In this document: one piece after another, positions 1 through 8,242 of the stretch
How the letters are laid out: every line of letters starts with the position of its first letter
Position numbering within the stretch: position 1 is the stretch's first letter
Assembly (NCBI GenBank): GCA_046757525.1
Contig: JBHHYI010000001.1
Coordinates: forward strand, 123,539-187,538
Length of the DNA stretch: 64,000 nucleotides
Source of the DNA: a bacterium
GTDB lineage: Bacteria; Zhuqueibacterota; Zhuqueibacteria; Oceanimicrobiales; Oceanimicrobiaceae
Direction: 5' to 3'
Position numbers and translations under genes: made by a program
The notes under the pieces: model-generated
Told to the model about the DNA's origin: nothing
Seen by the model: only the letters and a program-made list of their open reading frames with translations
The model's database searches: none

Positions 1-1
1 A

Positions 2-871
2 GGCGAAAGCGGCACCGGCAAAGAGCTCATCGCTGAGGCCATTCACTGCCAAAGTGCACGCAAGGAAAAACCGTACTTGAGAATCAACTGTGCCGCGCTT
101 CCGGAAAATCTGGTAGAAAGCCAGCTTTTTGGCCACGAGAAAGGGGCCTTTACCGGGGCCATTAAGACTTTTAAAGGGTTGTTTGAAGAAGCTGACGGTG
201 GCACCTTGCTTTTGGATGAGATCACCGAAATGCCTCTGAATCTGCAAGCGAAGTTTCTGCGGGTCCTGCAAGAGGGGGAGTTCTCCAGAGTGGGCAGTAC
301 GCGTACCAGAAGAACAGATGTGCGCATTGTTGCGACGACCAACAGCGATGTGCAAGAAGCGATCGCGCAGGGCAGATTTCGTCAGGATTTGTACTACCGC
401 CTGGCGGTCCTCTTCTTGCGGGTTCCCCCTTTGCGCGAACGAAAGGATGACATCCCTTTGCTATGTGAATACTTTCTCAAAAAGTATGGTGAGAAATATT
501 CTAACAAGGTCAAAGGCATAGACCAGGAGGCTATTAGATTCCTCTCTCAACATGCATGGCCTGGCAATGTGCGCGAATTGGAAAACATCATCCAGAGAAG
601 TGTGTTGAGTTGTCGGAATGGAGAAGAGATCGGTCTGCAGCACGTTCAAGAGTTGCTAACCGTTGACGCAGCGGCCGGAGGTGAACGCTTGGGCTGCAAC
701 GAAGACCTGAGCCTGGAAGAAATGGAAAAGCGGCTAATCGCGGCGACGTTGCAAAGATACCGATTTCACAAAACCAGGACCGCGGAAATCCTGGGGGTTA
801 CACTGAAAACTTTGAGAAACAAAATTCTTCAATATGGTCTGGAAACCGTACCCGTAAAAACTACCACTTGA
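2..871 (+). CDS. sigma54-dependent transcriptional activator (NtrC/FleQ/FlgR family), 5' end outside window
   Basis: Frame is open from nt 2: Walker [14 protein letters not shown], intact GAFTGA, Walker [25 protein letters not shown]-terminal Fis-type HTH; sits directly upstream of flgB. Confidence 0.95.
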   Translation, partial: GESGTGKELIAEAIHCQSARKEKPYLRINCAALPENLVESQLFGHEKGAFTGAIKTFKGLFEEADGGTLLLDEITEMPLNLQAKFLRVLQEGEFSRVGSTRTRRTDVRIVATTNSDVQEAIAQGRFRQDLYYRLAVLFLRVPPLRERKDDIPLLCEYFLKKYGEKYSNKVKGIDQEAIRFLSQHAWPGNVRELENIIQRSVLSCRNGEEIGLQHVQELLTVDAAAGGERLGCNEDLSLEEMEKRLIAATLQRYRFHKTRTAEILGVTLKTLRNKILQYGLETVPVKTTT

Positions 872-887
872 CTCGTAGCTTTTACGG
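852..887. promoter_or_regulatory. Candidate upstream activator boxes (S)GTA-N5-TAC(S), inverted pair
   Basis: CCGTAAAAACTACC (852-865) and CGTAGCTTTTACGG (874-887; reverse complement CCGTAAAAGCTACG); the same box recurs upstream of flgF. Confidence 0.55.
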
Positions 888-1010
888 CCTCGACTCCAGG
901 CAACACCGGTGGCAAATTTTCGAAGAAGGTAGAATGGACCGAGCATAAGTTATTATTTTTAAAGCAATATTACCCACAATTACCTGGCCAGACTCTTTGA
1001 GTTTCGTGCC

Positions 1011-1025
1011 TGGCATATTAGTTGC
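1011..1025 (+). promoter_or_regulatory. sigma54 (-24/-12) promoter of the flgB operon
   Basis: TGGCAT-ATTAG-TTGC matches TGGCAC-N5-TTGC, 32 nt before the flgB ATG. Confidence 0.85.
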
Positions 1026-1057
1026 CTGAACAGGAAAAAAATAGGAGCACCCTAAGG

Positions 1058-1453
1058 ATGAAGATCGATTCTTTGGAAAAAACGCTCGTTCCGCTGTTGA
1101 AAAAAAGCCTGGATGCCTACAGCGTGCGGCAACAGGCGATTACCGAGAATATTGCCAACATAGACACCCCGGGTTATAAACCGATCAAGGTCAGCTTTGA
1201 AGAAAAACTGCGCCACCTGCTGAACAGGAATCTCGATGTCAAGACCGGAAATCTGCGCCACATGGATTCAGGCGCCAACCTATTGCAAAATGACCCATCG
1301 CTCTTTGAGGTCACGAAGGAAGCCACAGACGTTAATCTTGAGGATCAAATGGCAGAGTTAGCCAAGAACCAGATACGATTCGAATTTGCGACCAGGATGT
1401 TGAACCGAACTTACGAAATGATTCGTGCCAGCATAACGGGCCACGTAAGATGA
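1058..1453 (+). CDS. flgB: Flagellar basal-body rod protein FlgB
   Basis: RQQAITENIANIDTPGYK motif; C-terminal VNLEDQMAELAKNQ; ATG 1058 preferred because TTG 1022 lies inside the promoter. Confidence 0.95.
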   Translation: MKIDSLEKTLVPLLKKSLDAYSVRQQAITENIANIDTPGYKPIKVSFEEKLRHLLNRNLDVKTGNLRHMDSGANLLQNDPSLFEVTKEATDVNLEDQMAELAKNQIRFEFATRMLNRTYEMIRASITGHVR

Positions 1454-1486
1454 TATTCAGAGAAAACCTGAAAGGGAGTCTCGCAC

Positions 1487-1981
1487 ATGAATGATTTATT
1501 CTCCGTGTTAAAAATTGGTTCGGATGCGCTCAATGCACAGAAGAAGCAGCTATCCATTACAGCCGAAAACATTGCCAATGCCAGCACCACGCGCACGAGT
1601 GCAGGTACGCCCTACAAGCGCAAGTTTCTGGTAAAGAAGGCCATTTCGAACCCGCCAATGTTTCCAAGCCTTTTGTACCGCGCAAGAACCAGGCTGAGGA
1701 CGGCAAATCCGGAACACATTGCTTCCGCCCGTTACCAGCCAGGAGGAGGTGCAACCCTTGGCAGTGAAGAGCTTGAAACGCAGGTTCTGGAAAAGGCTCA
1801 GTTCAAGAAGATTTACGATCCCGGCCATCCGGACGCGGGTGCCGATGGGTTTGTCGAATATCCCGACATCAATGTGGTTATGGAAATGCTCGAGCTGATT
1901 AGTACGAGTCGTGCTTATGAAGCAAACATCACCGTGATGAACACAGCAAAGACGCTGGCCAAGAGAGCCCTGGAGATTTAG
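1487..1981 (+). CDS. flgC: Flagellar basal-body rod protein FlgC
   Basis: AENIANASTTRT, PYKRK, YDPGHPDA, YPDINVVMEM, SRAYEAN. Confidence 0.97.
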   Translation: MNDLFSVLKIGSDALNAQKKQLSITAENIANASTTRTSAGTPYKRKFLVKKAISNPPMFPSLLYRARTRLRTANPEHIASARYQPGGGATLGSEELETQVLEKAQFKKIYDPGHPDAGADGFVEYPDINVVMEMLELISTSRAYEANITVMNTAKTLAKRALEI

Positions 1982-1992
1982 GAGAACAAAAA

Positions 1993-2277
1993 GTGAGCAC
2001 GATTAAACCCGCGGTATTCCCCAACATCAGCCGCCATGCCGTCAATCGGCCAAACGAGCACGCGGACATCCTAAGGTCTGGCAACGCCAGGGAAGTCGAA
2101 CCAGGAAAGTCGGCCGTTCGTCACGACGCGTCAGGTTCGATTGAAGACAGGCGTGGTGCCGAACCATTAAACCAAACCAGGACAGCAGAAGGGAAAACGA
2201 TCAAGTTTTATCGACCCAACAAAGTCAAGATTCAAAAACCGGTGGTGCTGGGAACGTACATCGACATCAAAGTGTGA
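1993..2277 (+). CDS. Small hypothetical protein with C-terminal LGxYIDIKV motif
   Basis: AGGAG RBS before GTG; fills the flgC-fliE gap; C-terminus resembles that of ORF 24861-25130. Confidence 0.65.
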   Translation: MSTIKPAVFPNISRHAVNRPNEHADILRSGNAREVEPGKSAVRHDASGSIEDRRGAEPLNQTRTAEGKTIKFYRPNKVKIQKPVVLGTYIDIKV

Positions 2278-2298
2278 CCAATTGGGAAGTGAGTAAAC

Positions 2299-2601
2299 AT
2301 GGCTAAAATAAATCCTCTGCAACAACAGCAAATCAACGAAGCCATTGGGCAAACGTCTGCGGGGTCCAATGAGACCGGCGCCGCAAAGTTTTCTACCACG
2401 CTGAAAGATATGATCAACAAGGTTGACGAACTGCAGAAGAGCTCCGACCAGGCTACCACAGACTTCATATCAGGTAAAGACGCCGACATCCACGAGGTGA
2501 TGGCTGCGGTCGAGGAGGCGCAGTTGAGTTTTCAACTGATGATGGAAATCCGCAACAAACTGCTGGATTCTTACCAGGAAATCATGCGGATGCAAGTTTA
2601 A
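2299..2601 (+). CDS. fliE: Flagellar hook-basal body protein FliE
   Basis: DIHEVMAAVEEAQLSFQLMMEIRNKLLDSYQEIMRMQV. Confidence 0.97.
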   Translation: MAKINPLQQQQINEAIGQTSAGSNETGAAKFSTTLKDMINKVDELQKSSDQATTDFISGKDADIHEVMAAVEEAQLSFQLMMEIRNKLLDSYQEIMRMQV

Positions 2602-2627
2602 TGAACGAACAAATCTGAGGAGCCTTT

Positions 2628-4172
2628 TTGAACAACAAACTACTACAACAGATGAAGGCGGCGCTGGAACGGTTTACTGTTGGGCAGAAAATTGCGCTCG
2701 CCGCCATAACCGCTTTGGCGCTTTTCGGCATATTGTTCTTGTTGGTTTGGGCTAACCGGCCTGAGTTTGGGCTTCTGTATTCGAACCTCGATGCAGCAGA
2801 TGCTTCGGCCATTGTGGATGACTTAAAGAGCAGCAACATCCCCTATAAACTAAAGGATGGGGGCAAAACCATTTTGGTTGCAAAGAAAGACATCTACGAA
2901 TTACGCATCAAATACGCGGGTCAGAAATTAATCTCCAGTGGCACCGTGGGCTATGAGCTCTTCGACAAAAACAATCTGGGGATGACGGATTTCATGCAGA
3001 AAGTAAATCTGAAAAGAGCTATTGAAGGGGAGTTGACCAAGACCATCAACCAAATTGAAGCCATTCAACAATCCCGAGTGCACCTGGTAATGCCTGAACC
3101 TGCATTGTTTGAAGAGCAAGAACAAAAGGCCACCGCCTCGGTGATCATCAAGCTAAACACCAATGCCGGACTCAACCGGAAGCAAATTCTGGGAATCACC
3201 CACATGGTCGCCGGCAGTGTTGAAGGACTGACTCCTGACAATGTCACCATCGTGGACACCAAAGGCAACATCCTGACCAGTTTAGAGGCAGGCGATGATG
3301 ATGTGGCCTTGACTAACAGCAATTTCGAGTTGAAACAAAAAGTGGAAAAATATATAGGACAAAAGGCCCAGAGCATGTTGGATCAAGTGTTGGGCAAGGG
3401 CAATGCCATCGTCAAGGTCTCGGCAGAGCTTAACTTTCAGAAAGTACGACGAACCTCCGAAACCTATGATCCCGACAATACGGCTGTGTTAAGCGAAGAA
3501 CGCAACGAGGAACGTTCAAGCCGGCAGGACACCACCCAATTTCAGCGCGAGAATGTGATCACCAATTACCAGGTCAACAAGACATTGGAAGAAGTCAACG
3601 GGAGCGTTGGAGACATCGAAAGGCTTTCTGTGGCGATTTTTGTCAATGGCATCTACCAGGACGACCAATACGTCCCCCGTTCTGACGAAGAAATGCAGAA
3701 GATCGCTGACATTGTAAAGCCTGCCGTGGGTTTTCGGGCAGACCGAAAGGATCAGATCGTTGTGCACCAGTTGAATTTTGATCGATCGTTCATCAACCAG
3801 GAACAAGAGGCATTGGAAACGCTGTCGAACAAGGAGTTTCGCCTGCAACTGGTGCGCGGCGGATTGGTCGCTTTGGGTGGCCTGCTGGTGCTGTTGATGC
3901 TGCGTTCTCTGTTCAGGAAATTTGGTGGAGAAGTCATGGCAGGATTTCAGGCACCGCAACTGCTTGAAGGACCCCGGGAATCCTCGCAACGGCTGCTCGC
4001 AGGTGAACATGCCATTGATATTCAAGACGACATCTACTCAAAAAAATTGTCACCGGAGGCTGCGGCCAAACTCCAGGCGCGGGATAAAGTGACCAAGGAT
4101 GTGGTCTCTTTTGCGGAACAAGACCCTGAGCGATCGGCCCGCGTCTTGAGGTACTGGTTGCTGGAGAATTAA
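2628..4172 (+). CDS. fliF: Flagellar MS-ring protein FliF
   Basis: N-terminal TM, GYELFD, RAIEGELTKTI, ARVHL-like segment, second TM, C-terminal DPERSARVLRYW. Confidence 0.97.
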   Translation: MNNKLLQQMKAALERFTVGQKIALAAITALALFGILFLLVWANRPEFGLLYSNLDAADASAIVDDLKSSNIPYKLKDGGKTILVAKKDIYELRIKYAGQKLISSGTVGYELFDKNNLGMTDFMQKVNLKRAIEGELTKTINQIEAIQQSRVHLVMPEPALFEEQEQKATASVIIKLNTNAGLNRKQILGITHMVAGSVEGLTPDNVTIVDTKGNILTSLEAGDDDVALTNSNFELKQKVEKYIGQKAQSMLDQVLGKGNAIVKVSAELNFQKVRRTSETYDPDNTAVLSEERNEERSSRQDTTQFQRENVITNYQVNKTLEEVNGSVGDIERLSVAIFVNGIYQDDQYVPRSDEEMQKIADIVKPAVGFRADRKDQIVVHQLNFDRSFINQEQEALETLSNKEFRLQLVRGGLVALGGLLVLLMLRSLFRKFGGEVMAGFQAPQLLEGPRESSQRLLAGEHAIDIQDDIYSKKLSPEAAAKLQARDKVTKDVVSFAEQDPERSARVLRYWLLEN

Positions 4173-4190
4173 TTTACTGAAGGGTAACAG

Positions 4191-5201
4191 ATGTTCAAAG
4201 GTGAAGAAAAACTCAGCGGTGTCAGGAAAGTCGCCATCTTTTTAATTGCTCTGGGTGTTAACCATGCCACCCCGTTGTTAAAGAATTTGACCGAAGATGA
4301 GCTGGAGACCGTCACCGTGGAAATTGCGAAGCTAAAAAATCTCTCCCCCGAAATCGTGGGTAGGATTCTCATGGAATATTATGAGCTGATGATGGCTGAG
4401 AGATACACAACCCAGGGCGGTTTGGGATTTGCTGAGGATATGCTTAAACAGGCCATTGGTTCAGACAAAGCCCGCGACCTCCTGATGAAAGTCAAATCGG
4501 CTGTTGAAATGACTGGTTTCAACTTACTGCAAACCGTGAATCCCAACGACCTGTTGAATTTCTTGCAGAAAGAACACCCACAAACCATCGCTTTACTATT
4601 GGCCAATATGAAGACCCGTCAGGCGGCTGAGATTTTGTCCGACTTGCCAACGGAGTTGCAGGCGGAAGTCGCCTACAGGCTCGCTACTATGGGTAAGACC
4701 TCCCCGGAACTGCTGAAGGAAATTGAAGAAGCATTGACCTTGCAGATGGAAGGCGTCTTTGGCGGACAATTGATGGGCAGCGGCGGCGTCAAGGCCGTTG
4801 CGGAGATTCTAAACGCGGCCAGTCGAGCAGCGGAAACCAACATTCTGGAAATCCTGGTGCAGAAGAATCCCGAACTTGCCTCAGAAATAAACAAGCTGAT
4901 GTTTGTCTTTGATGACCTGGTGAGGTTGAGAGACAGAGACATACAAAGAATCTTAAAAGACGTTGACAACAAAACGCTGGCCATGGCTTTAAAGATTTCG
5001 TCAGACAAGTTACAGGAAAAATTATTCAAGAACCTGTCGCAGCAGGCGGCAGAGGCCCTAAAGGAAGAAATTGAATATCTGGGTCCAGTGCGCGTCAAGG
5101 AAGTAGAGGAGGCGCAGTGGAACATTCTCGAGCATGTGCAGGAATTGGAAAATTCTGGCGAAATCCTGGGCCGGGTCAGTTCAGATGATTTTATCGAGTA
5201 G
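4191..5201 (+). CDS. fliG: Flagellar motor switch protein FliG
   Basis: KVAIFLIALG, EHPQTIAL, GGVKAVAEILN, MFVFDDL, GPVRVKEVEEAQ. Confidence 0.97.
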   Translation: MFKGEEKLSGVRKVAIFLIALGVNHATPLLKNLTEDELETVTVEIAKLKNLSPEIVGRILMEYYELMMAERYTTQGGLGFAEDMLKQAIGSDKARDLLMKVKSAVEMTGFNLLQTVNPNDLLNFLQKEHPQTIALLLANMKTRQAAEILSDLPTELQAEVAYRLATMGKTSPELLKEIEEALTLQMEGVFGGQLMGSGGVKAVAEILNAASRAAETNILEILVQKNPELASEINKLMFVFDDLVRLRDRDIQRILKDVDNKTLAMALKISSDKLQEKLFKNLSQQAAEALKEEIEYLGPVRVKEVEEAQWNILEHVQELENSGEILGRVSSDDFIE

Positions 5202-5208
5202 GTGAGAG

Positions 5209-5907
5209 ATGTTAATCAAAGCCGAAAACCATAACCAGAGCAACAAGTTTAAGATCTACGATTTCAGAACTCTCATTGAAGAGAAGGACCGCCTGGTTGA
5301 AAACCATGCGGGCGAATACCAACCTTCCGACACTAATGGTGTGTCGTCCTCCAGGCTGTTTGAACAGAAATTGCAGGAAACCTACGACAGCGCATTCAAT
5401 GATGGATTGCAGCAAGGCGAAAAAACAGGCTTTGAAAAGGGCTTGCGGTCCGTGGAAGGTGAGATCAAGTCATTGACCGACTTAGTTGGCAGCATTGCCC
5501 GGCAACAGCAAGAAATCTTGTCGAAATCCGAACAGTTTGTAGTTGATTTCGCTCTGAAAGTTGTAGAAAAAATCCTGGGCGTGGAGGAAATTTCAAACCT
5601 CAGAATTGATGAGAACAAATTGCGAAGGATCATCGGTGAGGCTTTAAATCAGTTTGCGGAGTCAACCAAATACAATATCCGGGTACATCGCGATTCTGCC
5701 GAGACCATCGAAAAGTACAAATCGCAAATATTCGACACTCTTCCCCGGCACGTGGAGCTTTCCGTTACGGCCGACCCGTCGCTGAAACCAAGCGAGTATC
5801 TGATCGAATCGGAACACGGCGTCATCGACGCAAGAATCGCAACCCAGCTCAATGAAATCAAGAATGTCGTGACAAAGTCTAAGGCAAATGGCAGCACAAT
5901 TCAATAA
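5209..5907 (+). CDS. fliH: Flagellar export protein FliH
   Basis: GxxxG repeats (GLQQGEKTGFEKG), C-terminal IESEHGVIDARI, position between fliG and fliI. Confidence 0.9.
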   Translation: MLIKAENHNQSNKFKIYDFRTLIEEKDRLVENHAGEYQPSDTNGVSSSRLFEQKLQETYDSAFNDGLQQGEKTGFEKGLRSVEGEIKSLTDLVGSIARQQQEILSKSEQFVVDFALKVVEKILGVEEISNLRIDENKLRRIIGEALNQFAESTKYNIRVHRDSAETIEKYKSQIFDTLPRHVELSVTADPSLKPSEYLIESEHGVIDARIATQLNEIKNVVTKSKANGSTIQ

Positions 5908-7207
5908 ATATTTCGAAAATCTGAAGGCCGTCCGGCCTTACAAGATTTTGGGGCAGGTCAACAAGATCATTGGGCAGGTCATCGAATCTAACGGCCCGGT
6001 GACTGCCATCGGTGAAATGTGCCAAATCATTTCAAAAAACGGTAGAAGCATCCAGGCAGAGGTGGTGGGCTTCAGGGACAACAGAGTCATGCTGGTGCCC
6101 CTGGAGGAAACCGTGGGCATCGAACCCGGCAGCTACGTTTCCATCAACGATGTACCATTTACCATCGGGGTTGGACGTGAACTCCTGGGAAGGATACTCG
6201 ACGGTACAGCCAAACCCCTGGACGGGAAAGGTCCTGTCCAAACCAGATGCCACCAACCCGTGCACAGCGCACCGTTGAATCCATTGAAGCGCAAGCGAAT
6301 TGCAGACCCCCTGGCCACCGGGATCAGGACGATCGACGGCTTGTTGACCTGTGGCAAGGGCCAACGGGTAGGGATTTTCGCCGGCAGCGGCGTGGGTAAG
6401 AGCATTTTGTTGGGCATGATTGCCAGGAATACCAGCGCAGACGTCAATGTCATAGGACTCATTGGCGAAAGAGGCCGCGAAGTGAGGGACTTCATCGAAA
6501 GGGATTTGGGCGAAGAAGGACTCAGTCGTTCCGTGGTGGTCACGGTGACCTCAGAGAAGGCCGCTTTTTTGCGCGTGAAAGGCGCGTTAATCGTGACGGC
6601 AATTGCTGAGTACTTTGCCAGCCTGGGATTGCACGTTTTGCTGATGATGGACTCTTTAACGCGGGTGGCCATGGCGCAGCGCGAGGTAGGACTCGCGGTC
6701 GGGGAACCCCCAACTTCAAAAGGGTACACCCCTTCGGTGTTCGCCATGCTCCCTAAACTCTTAGAACGGGCGGGAAATCTCCAGAATGGCAGCATCACGG
6801 GAATCTACACCGTTTTGGTTGAGAACGACGACATGAACGATCCCATCGCCGACACCGTACGCTCCATTTTGGATGGCCACATTGTCCTCTCCAGGAAAAT
6901 AGCCCAGAGTGGACATTATCCCGCCATCGATGTTTTGCAGAGCGTGAGCCGAGTCATGATCGACATCATTTCCAGCAGCCATTTGCAGAACGCCAACAAA
7001 ATTAAAGAAATCCTGGCGACCTACCAGGAATCTGAGGATTTGCTGAATATCGGTGCTTATGTCAAAGGGAGCAATGCACGGATTGATTACGCAGTTTCGA
7101 TGATTGACAAGATTCACGATTATCAAAAACAGACCGTCAACGAGAAAGCTGCATTTGAAGACAGTCTGAGGCAACTGCAGGCGTTGTTGTCGAATGAGAG
7201 ACCATAA
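5888..7207 (+). CDS. fliI: Flagellar export ATPase FliI
   Basis: GIFAGSGVGKS, IGERGREV, MDSLTRVAMAQRE, LDGHIVLSR, HYPAID. Confidence 0.98.
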   Translation: MAAQFNKYFENLKAVRPYKILGQVNKIIGQVIESNGPVTAIGEMCQIISKNGRSIQAEVVGFRDNRVMLVPLEETVGIEPGSYVSINDVPFTIGVGRELLGRILDGTAKPLDGKGPVQTRCHQPVHSAPLNPLKRKRIADPLATGIRTIDGLLTCGKGQRVGIFAGSGVGKSILLGMIARNTSADVNVIGLIGERGREVRDFIERDLGEEGLSRSVVVTVTSEKAAFLRVKGALIVTAIAEYFASLGLHVLLMMDSLTRVAMAQREVGLAVGEPPTSKGYTPSVFAMLPKLLERAGNLQNGSITGIYTVLVENDDMNDPIADTVRSILDGHIVLSRKIAQSGHYPAIDVLQSVSRVMIDIISSSHLQNANKIKEILATYQESEDLLNIGAYVKGSNARIDYAVSMIDKIHDYQKQTVNEKAAFEDSLRQLQALLSNERP

Positions 7208-7230
7208 ATGAGACCTGGAGGCCCATTACA

Positions 7231-7671
7231 TTGAAAAGGAAAGACTTTCGCTTGCAAAAAGTCCTGGAAATTCAGGAGTTGTTGGAGAAGCAGCAACAAA
7301 GGGACCTGGCCGTGTTTAAACAAAAGCTTAAGGCTTTTGAAGCCGAACTGGTGAAGATTCAGGCCAGGAAGAACAGTCTGACTCTTAATTTGCTCGACAT
7401 CGATCAGGTGCCGGTCGCACGAATGCTGAACTACTACGATTATTTGAGCGCCCTTTCAGAAAAAATCATGGCGCAGCATAGTACGATAGGCGAATTGAGA
7501 ATAGAGATGGAGCAGCAACGGCAGAAACTACTCCAGGCTACCAAAGACAAGAAAATGCTTGAAACCTTGAAAGAAAGATTTGTTGCCGGACTCCGATTCG
7601 AGCAACACAAGAACGAACAAATTCTGATGGAAGAAATTGCAGCGAGAAAGAACTTCTCATTTCTAACTTGA
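7231..7671 (+). CDS. fliJ: Flagellar export protein FliJ
   Basis: FRLQKVLE N-terminus, coiled coil, KMLETLKE, follows fliI. Confidence 0.9.
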   Translation: MKRKDFRLQKVLEIQELLEKQQQRDLAVFKQKLKAFEAELVKIQARKNSLTLNLLDIDQVPVARMLNYYDYLSALSEKIMAQHSTIGELRIEMEQQRQKLLQATKDKKMLETLKERFVAGLRFEQHKNEQILMEEIAARKNFSFLT

Positions 7672-7690
7672 TTCATGAAGTAACTGAAGC

Positions 7691-8227
7691 TTGGCAATGG
7701 TAAAGACCCTACTGATTTGGACACTCTTTTTTACAACGACCTTAGCTGGGTTCACCGCGGCCTTTTATTTCGGCCGCGACAAGATATTGCCCCGGTCAAA
7801 GAGATCGCAAACACTGCGGGGTCTGAACATTGCGGTGGATGACTCTGCGTCAGGGGCGGGGGTCGACTCTCTAACGATGGTTACAAACGAGCTTCTGACC
7901 CAACTGAAGGACTACGTCACGCAAGCAAAGCAAAATGCCAAGGTGATCGCGTTGCAGAAGAAACAGATAGAATTGTTGCGCGCCACCAACGACTCCCTGC
8001 GGCAGCAGTTGCAAAGCCGCCAGCTTGCAAACAACAGGATTCAGGACCTTACCAAAACTTTAGGGGCCATGAAAGTAGACGTCCTGGAACCTATTCTTGA
8101 AAATTTGCCGGACGAGACCATTCAAATTCTGTACGACAAAGCCAAAAGTAAAGACAAAGAAAAGATTTTTAACGCGGTTAATCCCAAAAGAGCCGGCAGA
8201 CTGCTAAGACTCATGACGAAAATCTGA
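7691..8227 (+). CDS. MotE/YlxF/FlbB-like flagellar protein (TM, coiled coil, MgtE-N-like C-terminus)
   Basis: N-terminal TM; LTKTLGAMK..ILENL..NPKRAGRLL pattern; conserved position between fliJ and fliK. Confidence 0.7.
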   Translation: MAMVKTLLIWTLFFTTTLAGFTAAFYFGRDKILPRSKRSQTLRGLNIAVDDSASGAGVDSLTMVTNELLTQLKDYVTQAKQNAKVIALQKKQIELLRATNDSLRQQLQSRQLANNRIQDLTKTLGAMKVDVLEPILENLPDETIQILYDKAKSKDKEKIFNAVNPKRAGRLLRLMTKI

Positions 8228-8242
8228 GGTAAGGACTGAAGA

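Noticed and set aside
1022..1057. Upstream ORF-track starts for flgB (1022) and flgF (26323)
   Set aside because: Both fall inside the sigma54 promoters; downstream ATGs were used instead
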